Below, piece after piece: positions 18,522 to 28,773 of a DNA stretch of 64,000 nt. The position numbers and the translations under genes were made by a program. Every line of letters begins with the position of its first letter. Positions within the stretch are counted from its first letter, which is position 1. The DNA is from an uncultured Gammaproteobacteria bacterium (GTDB taxonomy: Bacteria; Patescibacteriota; Patescibacteriia; UBA1558; UBA10009): positions 32,019 to 96,018 of the forward strand of contig CAZPMS010000004.1 in the NCBI GenBank assembly GCA_964588165.1, in the 5' to 3' direction. A model generated the notes under the pieces. The model worked only from the letters and a program-made list of their open reading frames with translations. It did no database searches and had not been told where the DNA came from.

Positions 18522-19766
18522 TTATTCTAAATCTATACTTTGTAAATAACCGGTGTAATAATCTTGGAAATATAAAACATCTTCATTTGGAGAAAGAAAA
18601 ACATTAGTGGCAGAATAGCCTATCTGGTCTCCTACTGGCAAAGCTAAAATTGTATTCTGGCCTGTTTGCAAATCTATTTCGTAAAAAGAATCAAAGCTGC
18701 CGGCAGCCAAATCAGGATAAATTCCACTGCCGGTAGGCAGGCTATCAGGCACCCCACAATAAGCTTTATTACCCGCCTCAGAAAAAGTACACTTACTGGG
18801 CCAAGTTTCTAGGCCCAAACTGGCGTTGTTTAAGCCAATCCTATTTCCGCTAGATTCTGCCACCCATAAAGTTGGTTTATAGCCGTTATCTTCATTATAC
18901 ACACTATATAAAAGCTGATTGCCGTCGGGTGTCCACTGGCCCTCAAACCCTCTGCCATAAGTTGTTAAGGATTTAAAATTTTCCTGGTTTTTGCCGATAA
19001 AAATAATCTCTTGGCTATTTGCTCCGGTGTTTTTCCTGAACAAAGCTACAACCTGATTATTGGGAGAAATATTTATATCCACATTGGCAGACTGGTCGCT
19101 TATCCTTTCTATAAACTGAATATTAGTGCCATCACTATCTGCTGTAACTATCCAATTATTTTCTTCTTTGGGGCCTATTACTTCGGCAGCTAAACTATTT
19201 CCGTTGGAGGCAATATCAAAATCCTGAAATTCCTGTGGTAGCGTGTACTGTTTATTTTCGGAAAAATTATAAATAATATTGGAGCCGTCAGGATATTCTA
19301 AAATAGCCATATCAGAATCATTAGACCAAATTATGTTAGATACGGCAAAAAATCTTTGGTCAGCCAGCTTAATAATAGAACCGTCGGCATTCATACGGTA
19401 AAAACGGCCGTCCTGATCATTAAAATAATTAAAGGCTCCATCTGTTGTAATTTTAGGGCTATTTAATTTACTTTTAACAATCGTATTAACCTTGGTATAG
19501 CTGCCATTGGCAGTTTTAGAGACGTCTTCGCCCTCTGGAATACGGCTAATAGAAGGCAAGCTGCCGTTAATATTGGAAATGATTTGATTAATATTTCCTA
19601 TGGTTACTCCGGGCAGTTGGCCGGGATCAAGTGCAGAAGGCGTTACAACAGATGGCCTTTCCGGGGTTATGGGCTTAAAAAATAAATAGTAAATAGCATA
19701 AGCTAAACCAATCACTATTAAAATAAAGGTTACTATAACTATTATTCTTTTTACCTTATCATTCAT
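18522..19766 (-). CDS. Single-TM protein with a TolB/WD-like beta-propeller
   Basis: N-terminal TM; WSNDS, WTPDGNQL, LSPNEDVLYF repeats. Confidence 0.7.
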   Translation of the reverse strand: MNDKVKRIIVIVTFILIVIGLAYAIYYLFFKPITPERPSVVTPSALDPGQLPGVTIGNINQIISNINGSLPSISRIPEGEDVSKTANGSYTKVNTIVKSKLNSPKITTDGAFNYFNDQDGRFYRMNADGSIIKLADQRFFAVSNIIWSNDSDMAILEYPDGSNIIYNFSENKQYTLPQEFQDFDIASNGNSLAAEVIGPKEENNWIVTADSDGTNIQFIERISDQSANVDINISPNNQVVALFRKNTGANSQEIIFIGKNQENFKSLTTYGRGFEGQWTPDGNQLLYSVYNEDNGYKPTLWVAESSGNRIGLNNASLGLETWPSKCTFSEAGNKAYCGVPDSLPTGSGIYPDLAAGSFDSFYEIDLQTGQNTILALPVGDQIGYSATNVFLSPNEDVLYFQDYYTGYLQSIDLE

Positions 19767-19803
19767 ATAAGTTAAATTAAAAAATTAATTCCTCAAAATA
19801 ATT

Positions 19804-20571
19804 TTATTTATATCTTGTTTTATAAACTGATTCTGTATCACTCAAACCCTCTATAGCCTGAAATATAAAAGAGGACGCGATCAGATCATATATATAATAA
19901 ACTAATACCATAAGTATTAAAAATCCTATAAAAAACAAAAAATTTGCAGCAAAAAAACCAATCTTTTGAATTAATATCATTTCACCAAAAATTTTCCTAA
20001 AACCAATCTTATTCATAAAATAATGAAAATTCAAATAAATAATTGCCGGAATGTAATATATTACTGTCCATAACGCCTTAAATGAAATATTTAATACAAC
20101 CCAACTCCAAGAACTTTTAGCAATATCAGATATACTGCCCCCTCTTAATGCTTCAGCAATAGCACCGCCCGCTGCAGATGATTTCGCAATCGAATATTTC
20201 TTTTTAGCCAGTTTCTTTGCTGCTGAATACCCTGCAAGGTTTGAACCTGCAGATCTTAAACCCTTTCCAAGACCCTCTCCTTCTGCCATTTCTCCGGCAG
20301 TTGTCCCAATTGCCTTAGATATATCACCAGTTGAACCGCCAGCGCCATATAAACTTAAACCCAGTTCAGCTGCTTGAGCCAGTCTTTTAATTTTTCTATA
20401 CGTTCTTCTTTTTTTATTTTCATAAATTAAATTGCCATCCTCAACAGCTTTTTTTCCAATCTCTGAAAATCCGTCTGATGTTTTAAAAGAAGGCGAGGGT
20501 GATATATCTTTTTTACTTTTGTTAAACTCTCTTCTATATCTGTTCTCTACTTTTGGTTGTTGAACAGCCAT
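19804..20571 (-). CDS. Hypothetical membrane protein
   Basis: Gly/Ala-rich middle, C-terminal TM helices. Confidence 0.65.
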   Translation of the reverse strand: MAVQQPKVENRYRREFNKSKKDISPSPSFKTSDGFSEIGKKAVEDGNLIYENKKRRTYRKIKRLAQAAELGLSLYGAGGSTGDISKAIGTTAGEMAEGEGLGKGLRSAGSNLAGYSAAKKLAKKKYSIAKSSAAGGAIAEALRGGSISDIAKSSWSWVVLNISFKALWTVIYYIPAIIYLNFHYFMNKIGFRKIFGEMILIQKIGFFAANFLFFIGFLILMVLVYYIYDLIASSFIFQAIEGLSDTESVYKTRYK

Positions 20572-20581
20572 GTTTATTTAA

Positions 20582-21517
20582 TTAGACTTTAAATCCAATT
20601 TTTCTTAACTTAATTAAATGAATTACTTTCTTATCTAGAAATTTAGTTAAAGCTTTATTTTCTTCTAAAAATCTACCGGCTCTATAAACAGTTGAATAAG
20701 TATCTCTGCTAACTCCCGCCTTTCTCATATAAGCCGCGCCTCTGGTTAACAGTTTAGCTGAGGGCGAGCTAGCCTTGGCAATCTTTTGTATGGCTCCAGC
20801 GCCAACCAGATCAAGCGCCATGAAAGCACCGCCTTCTACGCCATGCATTAATCTTTTCCAGCCCCTTAAATCTTCACCGTCTAAAGTTTTACCTTTCATA
20901 GATTCTGTCATCATTTTAGCCGGCCCTACAATAGGAACCAGATCCAAAGCCCAAGAGCTAAATTTTATAAACTTTTCCCTGCTTTCACTATCTCCTAATG
21001 AAGTAAGGTTGAGTTTTTCCAAAATATCTCCAAATTCTTTTGGAAGATTATCTTTAACCTTCTTAATTAAACCATCTATATTTTCAGCTAAATTATCAGG
21101 AACTTTTCTTACATTTTCTTCAATAATATCATTTATAACTGGAAGCAATTTTTCTTCCAAAACCTCAATTGCCCGTGAAGGAACTTTTTCTTTACCGAAG
21201 CTCAAAAGGTCATCTAATAACCTTTGAGAGACTTCTTTGGAAAGATCATCTAGATTTTCAATTTTTTTTAGCTCGCCAGGTTCATCTTCTGCTTCTACTT
21301 GGATTTCTTTATCAAACTCATTATCATCTTCAACTTCAGCAACTTCTTCAGAAAAATTGCCATTTAATTCAAGTGAGTTCAAATGTTCAACTAATTCATC
21401 ATTTATAGGCTGAGACTCAACTTTGGCTACGTTTTCAAATGAATCCCTGTCCTCCAAATAATTTTCCATTACTAATGTATCTCCCCCCTGATCTAATGAA
21501 TGCGTTTCAAAACCCAT
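20582..21517 (-). CDS. Hypothetical protein with a pre-toxin TG (PT-TG)-like segment
   Basis: LDLVPIVGPAKMMTESMKGKTLDGEDLRGWKRL resembles the PT-TG pattern. Confidence 0.6.
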   Translation of the reverse strand: MGFETHSLDQGGDTLVMENYLEDRDSFENVAKVESQPINDELVEHLNSLELNGNFSEEVAEVEDDNEFDKEIQVEAEDEPGELKKIENLDDLSKEVSQRLLDDLLSFGKEKVPSRAIEVLEEKLLPVINDIIEENVRKVPDNLAENIDGLIKKVKDNLPKEFGDILEKLNLTSLGDSESREKFIKFSSWALDLVPIVGPAKMMTESMKGKTLDGEDLRGWKRLMHGVEGGAFMALDLVGAGAIQKIAKASSPSAKLLTRGAAYMRKAGVSRDTYSTVYRAGRFLEENKALTKFLDKKVIHLIKLRKIGFKV

Positions 21518-21551
21518 ATTTTTTTATGTTAATTATTATAATAAATTTTTC

Positions 21552-22130
21552 TTATTGCCACTGGGCTGTATCTACCAACCAAGTTTTGCCCGAGCGGATT
21601 AATGATAAAAATATTTTTTGGTAATAAACAAAATCGTCCATGCCTTCTTTGGTTTCTTGCCTTTGCATATTAACCTCTACCTGGCCTGTGCCGGAACTTT
21701 CATCTAAATCTAAAATGGTAACCTTTAAAGCTTTAGAAGTAACGCCGTAAAAATTATCATCAACAGAAGCGGTATCTATAACTTGCTGAAGTTCTGATGA
21801 AAGCTTGGCCGAGGCTAAAAGCTTGGCTTCTTCCAAATTGGTAAAATTACTATCAGTGGAATAACTGCCGTATTTTTCGGAAAAATTCCTGGCCACAACC
21901 GTTAAAGTTTGTTCCACTGCCGAAAGTTGGTTTATTGGCTCTACCGGTTCAAAATCTTTCGCAGACTGCGGCACTTTATTAACTTGATTATCCTTTTGCT
22001 GATTAATATTTAAATTAACCGGCTCTTTGGTAAAAAAATAGCTTTCATCCATTAGTAAAATAGCAATGGCTAAGCCAATAATAACCACTACTACTATTAC
22101 AATTATGGTTTTACTTCTTTTTGATAACAT
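21552..22130 (-). CDS. Single-TM exported protein, possible NTF2/VirB8-like fold
   Basis: TM anchor; ARNFSEKYGSYS...WLVDTAQW; adjacent to virB4. Confidence 0.55.
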   Translation of the reverse strand: MLSKRSKTIIVIVVVVIIGLAIAILLMDESYFFTKEPVNLNINQQKDNQVNKVPQSAKDFEPVEPINQLSAVEQTLTVVARNFSEKYGSYSTDSNFTNLEEAKLLASAKLSSELQQVIDTASVDDNFYGVTSKALKVTILDLDESSGTGQVEVNMQRQETKEGMDDFVYYQKIFLSLIRSGKTWLVDTAQWQ

Positions 22131-22144
22131 AAAATTTAATTAAA

Positions 22145-24028
22145 TTATGAAGCGTCTGCCCCTTCGGCTGTCATAGTGGCTTCAAACTCTTTTTTAGAAG
22201 CTTCTATCTCCAGTAGCTGCCTGGGATCCGAAGTTATTATTTGATCCTCGGTATACGAAGCTTTAACTAAAATGGCCACATGCTTTGTGCCGGCAAAAAA
22301 GATACCTTCTCCCACATTGCCTTCCAATAAAAGGTATTTTTCGCCATCCGTTAACATAAAAGTTTTCTGGATCATATCAATAGAGGCCGGCGACTGCCTT
22401 AATAAAAGCTGCAAAGCCGAATTGGTTACAATGGCCTGGCCATAAGGCGACCTTAAAAAATCATTAACATCCTGGGTAATTGTGGTAACTCCTAAATAAT
22501 ACTTCCTGCAACGTTTAACTAGGGCAAAAATAAATTTGGCGCTATCTTCGCGCTGCATCAGCCACCAAGCTTCATCTATAACTAAAATTCTCTTTTTTAA
22601 TTCACTTCTAACGGTTGTCCAAATGTAATTTACAATATTATAAATGGCGATCGGCTTTAACTCATCTTCTAAATCCCTTACCGAAAAAGCTATCAGCTGG
22701 TTTTTAACATCTATATTTGTCGGGCTATTAAACAGGCCGGAAAAAGTGCCTTCGGTATATTTTTTTAATCTTAAAACCAAATCTTCTCCGCCCTCCATGC
22801 CCCCTAAAACTTCCTGGAAATCACTCATTAGCGGCGCCTCTACTTGGGAAAGGTCAGATTCTGAAGTAATATCTTTTTTGGCGTAAGTTTCTAAAAGAGC
22901 CCTATCTATAATGGAATCTTCTTGGTGGGTTAGTTCACCCAGCATCAACCTGATTAAACCTTTTAAAGTTATTACAGCGCTCCTTATAATATCTGCCGGC
23001 CTGGTATCATCGCCAACTCCTTTAGGTAGGTCAAACGGATTCAGTTTGCTTTTAGAATTTAAGGAAATTTTTATATAAGCTCCGCCAACAGCATCAGAAA
23101 GATGCTTATATTCGCTTTCCGGATCAATAATTATAACATCGGTGCCCAACATCATGCTTCTTAAAATTTCCAGTTTAATGGCGTAGCTTTTACCGGCTCC
23201 GGAAGTGGCGAAAACAACTGAATTGGGATTTTGCAGGGTAAATCTGTCAAAAATTATCAAGCTATTATTATGCCGGTTAATGCCGTATAAAATGCCGTCG
23301 TCAGAAGTAAGTTCAGAAGAAATAAATGGAAACGAAGAAGCAATTGGCGAAGAATTCATATTAAATGAAATCTGCAATTCATCATTTCCAAGGGGCAAGC
23401 AGGAGTTAAAGCCTTGCTCCGATTGGTAAAGTGATCTTTTGCTATAAACTAACTTAGAGCCAAAGAGTGATTCAACCTTTTCCGTTAAAAGTTCTAATTC
23501 CTCTTTGCTATCGGCATAAACAGTTAAGTATAAAGCAAATCGGAAAAACTTTTCTGTTCCCTGGGTTAAATCATCCCTTAATTTTTCTATATCCCTTAAG
23601 GCTGTTTCCCGCAGCGGATCTCTGGGGGCGCCCTTTTCGGCGTCGGCCATCAGCTGTGCCTCTAGGCCTCCTACTTTTTTCCTTAACTGTTTTAAAATAA
23701 CATCCGACTTAACAGGATAGAAAAACATAGAAATATCCAAAGGCGAACTGTAATTTACAATTGGGGCAAACCAGCCAACGCTGATATATCTGGGATAATT
23801 TATTACGAATAAAGTGGTTAAAAACTTATTATTTAATTCAATAAACCTAGAATCTATTCTCATTGAAGCAGGAGCAATTAAATCTTTAACCGAGGTAACG
23901 CCTTGGCGATAGCTTTTTTCGGCCTCTAAAACTTCTTTTGATTCTTGGGCTGAAATCTTCTTTTGCGTTTTTGCGCCTTTGCGTTTTTGCGCCTTTGCGT
24001 TTTCTACTTGTGATGGTTTAAATGCCAT
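22145..24028 (-). CDS. virB4: VirB4/TraC-like secretion ATPase
   Basis: ATSGAGKS Walker A, IIDPESEY, LVIDEAW, RKYYLGVTTITQ. Confidence 0.9.
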   Translation of the reverse strand: MAFKPSQVENAKAQKRKGAKTQKKISAQESKEVLEAEKSYRQGVTSVKDLIAPASMRIDSRFIELNNKFLTTLFVINYPRYISVGWFAPIVNYSSPLDISMFFYPVKSDVILKQLRKKVGGLEAQLMADAEKGAPRDPLRETALRDIEKLRDDLTQGTEKFFRFALYLTVYADSKEELELLTEKVESLFGSKLVYSKRSLYQSEQGFNSCLPLGNDELQISFNMNSSPIASSFPFISSELTSDDGILYGINRHNNSLIIFDRFTLQNPNSVVFATSGAGKSYAIKLEILRSMMLGTDVIIIDPESEYKHLSDAVGGAYIKISLNSKSKLNPFDLPKGVGDDTRPADIIRSAVITLKGLIRLMLGELTHQEDSIIDRALLETYAKKDITSESDLSQVEAPLMSDFQEVLGGMEGGEDLVLRLKKYTEGTFSGLFNSPTNIDVKNQLIAFSVRDLEDELKPIAIYNIVNYIWTTVRSELKKRILVIDEAWWLMQREDSAKFIFALVKRCRKYYLGVTTITQDVNDFLRSPYGQAIVTNSALQLLLRQSPASIDMIQKTFMLTDGEKYLLLEGNVGEGIFFAGTKHVAILVKASYTEDQIITSDPRQLLEIEASKKEFEATMTAEGADAS

Positions 24029-24030
24029 AA

Positions 24031-24105
24031 ATTAGTTATTGGTAACTGGTAATTGGTAACTAGCCTTTAAAAAACTAATTACAAATTTCTGATTACTAAT
24101 TACTA
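24031..24105. repeat. Intergenic inverted heptamer array (ttggtaa / ttactaa)
   Basis: ttagtta ttggtaa ctggtaa ttggtaa ... ctaatta caaattt ctgatta ctaatta. Confidence 0.6.
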
Positions 24106-24788
24106 TTCACATCCTCTACTCTTAATTGATTAACATCAACCATTTTTTGGGCTTCAATTATTTCTGGGTTGTATGAATTATAATAAAGTTCAATTAAGCT
24201 CTGGGTATCTAAACGGGCTGCCCTTAAACCAATTGAAGAAAGCCCAGAAGCCACAAAATCTACTCTTTTAGCTAAATCCTCCCTGTATATTTCAAACCTT
24301 TTCCTGCTCAAACTAACTGTCCTAGCCGGAGAAAAAGTATCAATTAGCTGTTCGTAAAACTTTTTTTTGTCTTTTTTTATACCGCTATAAGAAACAATTA
24401 CATAAAACTTTTTTGTCATTATTTGGCCAATATCTAACAGCTCTTTTAAAAATGAATGGTAATCGGCAATCTGCATCTTTAAAAGATCGTTAGTTTGCTC
24501 CTTGCCCAATTCTTGTAGCTTTGTTAAATATTTATCTATATTTAAATTCCTAGATTGAATAATTATATTTAGCGGAAAATCTAGAGAGTTTAAAAAACTA
24601 ATATAGGCCTGGATAAGCGCTTTCTGTTCATCTGTTCCTTTTAAAGCGAAGTTTATAGAAGAAACCAGCAGTACTCCTTTAACACTGCCGTCTTTTAAAA
24701 CCACTGTGTCGCTTTTTATTTCTGCAATATCCAAATACTTTTGGGTGGAGTGGTTGGGTTTTAAACCTGCTTGCTTTTTATTTTTCAT
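24096..24788 (-). CDS. VirB4-associated conserved protein (TraC N-terminal-like)
   Basis: STQKYLDIAEIK...VLLVSSINFALK...FLNSLDFP.IIIQSR; upstream of virB4. Confidence 0.75.
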   Translation of the reverse strand: MKNKKQAGLKPNHSTQKYLDIAEIKSDTVVLKDGSVKGVLLVSSINFALKGTDEQKALIQAYISFLNSLDFPLNIIIQSRNLNIDKYLTKLQELGKEQTNDLLKMQIADYHSFLKELLDIGQIMTKKFYVIVSYSGIKKDKKKFYEQLIDTFSPARTVSLSRKRFEIYREDLAKRVDFVASGLSSIGLRAARLDTQSLIELYYNSYNPEIIEAQKMVDVNQLRVEDVNSN

Positions 24789-24790
24789 GA

Positions 24791-24903
24791 TAACTACTAA
24801 TTACTAATATTTGCTAATATACAAATATTTTTTATGTGTAGAATTGATTTCTCATTCGTATATTAGTAACGATTCGTAATTGGTAGATCAGTATTTCGTA
24901 ATT
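24791..24903. repeat. AT-rich tactaat/attcgta inverted element
   Basis: Same arms as 31639-31719, 34845-34957 and 40566-40804. Confidence 0.75.
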
Positions 24904-25363
24904 ATTTTAAATCATCCCTAAAAGATAAATCCGGCGTTATTTGCTGGCCACTATAAACTCCACCAGTATCTATTACTAGAGAAAGGTCAGCCAGGCGCGA
25001 ACTGGTAATGGGTGCCTTGGGCGCAAAGCTTACAGGAACAGCCACTTTTTTATCTTCTTTTGCTTTTTTGGAACTAACTTTTATATCTCTTGCCCAAATC
25101 CTTAATTTAGGTTTTTTAAACGTTTGAATGACATTTAAAATAAAATAGTGGAAAGGCATGCCGTTAACTTTGGCAAAGGCAAAGGTGCCAAATAAAAATA
25201 GGGTGGGAATTGCCACAAAGATAAAAAAGCTGAAATCCGAAAGCTTATATTCTATAAATAAAAACAGTCCGGCAATAATTAATATAATAAACTGCCTAAC
25301 GGTAATAGGGCCGATAATTTTATCTTCTACATCAATAAATTGTGGCACAGTAAATTGTTGCAT
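24902..25363 (-). CDS. PrgI family protein
   Basis: MQQFTVPQFIDVEDKIIGPITVRQF plus two TM helices. Confidence 0.88.
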   Translation of the reverse strand: MQQFTVPQFIDVEDKIIGPITVRQFIILIIAGLFLFIEYKLSDFSFFIFVAIPTLFLFGTFAFAKVNGMPFHYFILNVIQTFKKPKLRIWARDIKVSSKKAKEDKKVAVPVSFAPKAPITSSRLADLSLVIDTGGVYSGQQITPDLSFRDDLK

Positions 25364-25364
25364 T

Positions 25365-26531
25365 TTAAAACCTTAATTTTCTATTTAAATCAGAAATAGC
25401 CTCAAATTCCTCTATAGAAATAATTTGCCTACCCTGCTTGCTGTATTGGCCAATTATTTGCTCAACATCCAACCCATGCTCCATACTGGATTGGCCAACA
25501 GCCACATACATTTTATAAAGCGGGCTTTTTTGCCAAGCTTTAATGCCGGCTGTTTTTTTAGCCAAAGAATCTTCGGCCAATAAATTTATTTTGCTTATAA
25601 TTTTAGCAATTCTTCCTTTAGTTCCTTCTTCTAATCTTCTAAATGTTTCCAAAGTTAATGAAGCCAGCTCGTCTACCGGACCAACTAATTTATAGTCTTT
25701 CCTTACATCTGCCACTCTCCTGGCGCCGGCTTTTAATGGGCGATGAATTCTGGGCATACCCGTAACCCTTCTTCCTTTAATCTGTTTTTTTGTCTCTTCG
25801 GTTTGTTTTTCTAACTTCTCTTTTAATTCTGTGGCTTTTGGTTTTAAGGGAATGGGTTTTAATGGCTTGCTGGCAACTGAAGCTTTAGCCGGCTCCGGAG
25901 GTTGAACAAATTTTATTTTTTCTTTTCCTGCTTCCTCTTTTTCATCAATAACTATCCCATGTTGCCTGCTTACTTTCCCTTTTATTTCTTTTAAAAAAAT
26001 TATTAAACCTCCAACTATGGGCTCCTTTAAGGCCAGGCCGCCTGACTGTTCCGGTTTTTTAAAAACATTCTCAAGATCTATCAAACTCCTCCGGTCACGC
26101 AGATAATTATAAATTATTTGCCTTAGCCTGCTTTTAAGCTGCCCGTTAAGCTGAAGATTATAATTTTCTACTACTTTTATTAATATTTTATCCAGAGAAT
26201 ATTTTTTTTGGCCTGCCAGAGTAGCTGTATCAACTTTGTGTTTAGCCACCTCTTCTTCGTCTTCGGGATGAAAATAAAAACTGGAGGTTTTTTTAATTAA
26301 TACAGGCGGTGGCGGCTGCAGCATCTTTTCCTCCATGCCTGTATCTATGGGTAAATTTGACTTAACCGGTTTTACATCTCTTCTAGATTCGTCTTTTGCC
26401 CCTTGCCCCTTGCCCCTCAACTCTTTATAATCCCTTAGCTCTCCATCTGCTAAAATCTTAAATTCACCGGATTCATCCAAAACCAAAATTTCATCGTCAT
26501 TGATATTTGATTGTTGATTTAAATCTGACAT
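25365..26531 (-). CDS. Hypothetical protein of the VirB4/PrgI cluster
   Basis: Start reassigned to MSDLNQQ (track's extension lies in a repeat); LVGPVDELASLTLETFRRL...AWQKSPLY. Confidence 0.7.
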   Translation of the reverse strand: MSDLNQQSNINDDEILVLDESGEFKILADGELRDYKELRGKGQGAKDESRRDVKPVKSNLPIDTGMEEKMLQPPPPVLIKKTSSFYFHPEDEEEVAKHKVDTATLAGQKKYSLDKILIKVVENYNLQLNGQLKSRLRQIIYNYLRDRRSLIDLENVFKKPEQSGGLALKEPIVGGLIIFLKEIKGKVSRQHGIVIDEKEEAGKEKIKFVQPPEPAKASVASKPLKPIPLKPKATELKEKLEKQTEETKKQIKGRRVTGMPRIHRPLKAGARRVADVRKDYKLVGPVDELASLTLETFRRLEEGTKGRIAKIISKINLLAEDSLAKKTAGIKAWQKSPLYKMYVAVGQSSMEHGLDVEQIIGQYSKQGRQIISIEEFEAISDLNRKLRF

Positions 26532-26558
26532 AAAAATTATTTTGGCCTTGCCTATCAA

Positions 26559-26665
26559 TGTCATCCTGAACTTCAGTGAAGGATCCCATTTAGATTGCAA
26601 CGTTGCCGGAATAATGGGATTCTTCCTGCCTGCTGGCAGGCGGGCGGTTTTGCCTCAGAATGACG
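26559..26665. repeat. TGTCAT...ATGAC cruciform element, copy 2, with nested 20-bp palindrome at 26625-26644
   Basis: tgtcatcctgaacttcagtgaaggatccca...tgggattctt[cctgcctgctggcaggcggg]cgg...cagaatgac. Confidence 0.85.
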
Positions 26666-26682
26666 TAAAAGGCAAGACTTTG

Positions 26683-27651
26683 CTACAGTGTAGTTATCGG
26701 CCTGGACTGTAAAATATAAAATTTATTTTTAACAATGGCCCATTCTATATCTTGAGGGCACTTATAATGTTTTTCAATTTTCTTAATAATATCGGCCAGT
26801 TCAATAATCTGTTTACCGGTGAGTTTCTGTTTTGACTGCTGGGCTTTTATAACCGGTTTTAAAACGCTGCTGCCGCCTGGCTTCATTATTATCTGTTTTT
26901 CCTGGGTAGCAATATTAATATCTAAAATTGTGCCCTCTTTTTTATGGACTACATAACTATCCGGTGTAATTATGCCAGATACAATGGCTTCACCTAAACC
27001 ATAGCCCGCTTCTATAATTAATTGGTTTGTGTCTTGGGTAACCGGATGAACGCTAAAGGCCACGCCTGATACTTCGGAATCTACCATTTGCTGGATAACC
27101 ACGGCCACGCTGACTTTAGTTTTAACCAGTTTTTTTTCAAACCTGTAAAAAATTGCCCTAGGAGTGAACAATGATGCCCAGCACTTTTTAACATTTTCTA
27201 CTACATTCTTTTCATTGATGTAAAGAAAAGTATCCAGCTCACCTGCCCAAGAAGCAATTTTTGAATCTTCTGCAGTAGCTGATGACCTAACTGCCACCCA
27301 CTTGCACTTCAGCTTTTTAAACTCTTTAAGAATTGCCTCTTCTATTGGCTTCGGTACCTTTGAATCCAAAATCATATCGCCAATTGTTTTGGAAGCTTTA
27401 TCAATTGAGTTTACATCCTGGTAATTTACTTTATTAAGTTCTGCCTCTATATGAACATTTAGATCCTGGCCAGGCCCTGTTGGCGGCGGCGTATCATTTA
27501 AAAAGCTTTCAAAAGCGCCTGCTAAAACCACATAACCAGGCGGTACTGCAAGTTTGGCGTTAGTCATTTCGCCTAAGGAAGCACCCTTGCCACCAGCTAA
27601 ATTAACACTTTTTTTTGTAAGTTTACTAAAAGGTAAAACAAACTCTTTCAT
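26683..27651 (-). CDS. Stand-alone PEP-synthase/RPH-type nucleotide-binding (ATP-grasp) domain protein
   Basis: GGKGASLGEM, VAVRSSATAED, SWAGELDTFL, QQMVDSEVSGVAFS, GLGEAIVSG, PQDIEWA, ILQSRPITTL then stop; no His-swivel or TIM-barrel domain. Confidence 0.92.
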   Translation of the reverse strand: MKEFVLPFSKLTKKSVNLAGGKGASLGEMTNAKLAVPPGYVVLAGAFESFLNDTPPPTGPGQDLNVHIEAELNKVNYQDVNSIDKASKTIGDMILDSKVPKPIEEAILKEFKKLKCKWVAVRSSATAEDSKIASWAGELDTFLYINEKNVVENVKKCWASLFTPRAIFYRFEKKLVKTKVSVAVVIQQMVDSEVSGVAFSVHPVTQDTNQLIIEAGYGLGEAIVSGIITPDSYVVHKKEGTILDINIATQEKQIIMKPGGSSVLKPVIKAQQSKQKLTGKQIIELADIIKKIEKHYKCPQDIEWAIVKNKFYILQSRPITTL

Positions 27652-27678
27652 TTGCTTTAAGTTAATGAATTATGCTTT

Positions 27679-27687
27679 ATTATACCA
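27679..27687 (-). promoter_or_regulatory. Extended -10 promoter for the ATP-grasp gene
   Basis: TGgTATAAT about 28 nt upstream of ATG 27651. Confidence 0.45.
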
Positions 27688-27729
27688 TAAATTAACTGTT
27701 TCAAACAACGAAAAAGCTTTACTACTACT

Positions 27730-27833
27730 TGTCATCTCGACCGAACCCGCCGATTCGGCGGGGAAGCGGAGAGATCCCGCTAATTTAGCACGTACTATTG
27801 ATTATGGGATCCTTCGGCAGGCTCAGGATGACA
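27730..27833. repeat. TGTCAT...ATGACA cruciform element, copy 3
   Basis: Shares gaccgaacccgccgattcggcggggaagcg with copy 1; aaaagcttt/aaagctttt outer stem. Confidence 0.85.
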
Positions 27834-27915
27834 GTTGAATAAAGCTTTTTCCCTAGCATTAGCCAAAAAATGATTGAGCCTTGGCCTGAAGTGGCGCGAA
27901 GCGTCTACTTCAGGC

Positions 27916-27944
27916 TTGACTTTTTTACCAAAGTATGCTATGAT
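27916..27944 (+). promoter_or_regulatory. Sigma70 promoter of the GC-rich cassette
   Basis: TTGACT-17 bp-TATGAT with TGn extension. Confidence 0.65.
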
Positions 27945-28018
27945 TATATATTAAATTGAACCTTGATTTTGTTAAAAACATAAGCAAAAAGCTGTAAAAA
28001 CCTGAACTGGAGAACAAG

Positions 28019-28735
28019 ATGAAGAGAGTCAACGTTATTGACTGCAGGCATTACCAGTATATGAATCCCAATGGTCTCGCTCCAGATACCGCCAGGACCA
28101 TCAAGAAACTCTACCAATTGCCCACTGAACAGGGCGCGTGGGAAGCAGTAACCATGGCAAATCTGCTGACTGAGGTGGGTACCATCCCCGCTATCATCGG
28201 ACATTCGCCGCAGCGTCGTGGCAAGGGCATGGCCGAACTGGTCAAACTCCAGGCCGGCTGGGCAACGAAAATGGTGGAATGCGACCGTGGTTTGAACGAC
28301 CTGGGCAGTGATCTAAACGCCCAGGAACTGATTCCGAAAATCGTCGCCTTCTCCCAGGAGAACAGCTGTTCGGTGGAAGAAGCTGTACTGCTCCTTCCAG
28401 AGGCACGCGAATACATCTTCGAGCGGAATCATGATCGTGTCAGGGACATTCAATACCTCTGCGGCCTGGTCAATGCCGGCGATACCGTATTCATGTCCAG
28501 CCACGGCGGTTCCATAGAGCCCACGGTTCTAAGGCTCCTGCTTCTGCAGCAGGAAACTCCGCTGATTGATCAAACAGCAAACATGCTCAATGTCGAAAAC
28601 CTGAGTAACTTCGGCGGCATGCTGGGGACCGGTGAAGCCTTCACCTACACCCTGATCTTGGATGACGATGGCAACATTGTTGCCGCCGAAAACATCCATT
28701 CCATCCGCCTGCCGGATTATCCACTCGCGAAGTAG
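28019..28735 (+). CDS. Histidine phosphatase (PGM-like) superfamily protein, GC-rich
   Basis: N-terminal CRH, HSPQRRG (SPxxR), SSHGGSI motifs; GGAG SD; clearly more GC-rich than flanks. Confidence 0.6.
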   Translation: MKRVNVIDCRHYQYMNPNGLAPDTARTIKKLYQLPTEQGAWEAVTMANLLTEVGTIPAIIGHSPQRRGKGMAELVKLQAGWATKMVECDRGLNDLGSDLNAQELIPKIVAFSQENSCSVEEAVLLLPEAREYIFERNHDRVRDIQYLCGLVNAGDTVFMSSHGGSIEPTVLRLLLLQQETPLIDQTANMLNVENLSNFGGMLGTGEAFTYTLILDDDGNIVAAENIHSIRLPDYPLAK

Positions 28736-28773
28736 TACTCTCAATCGACCTTGGTCGAAAAAGAGTCAACAAT

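Noticed and set aside
16688-26531. Integrative conjugative element or prophage
   Set aside because: No relaxase, integrase, att pair or phage structural genes; composition matches the host
26532-26600. N-terminal extensions in the ORF track (26600; also 6741, 42279, 59507)
   Set aside because: They fall in a repeat element, a -35 box or an upstream gene, or have a better downstream ATG
26683-27651. Frameshifted or broken ppsA
   Set aside because: Clean stop exactly at the domain end (QSRPITTL), and no continuation with His or TIM-barrel domains downstream
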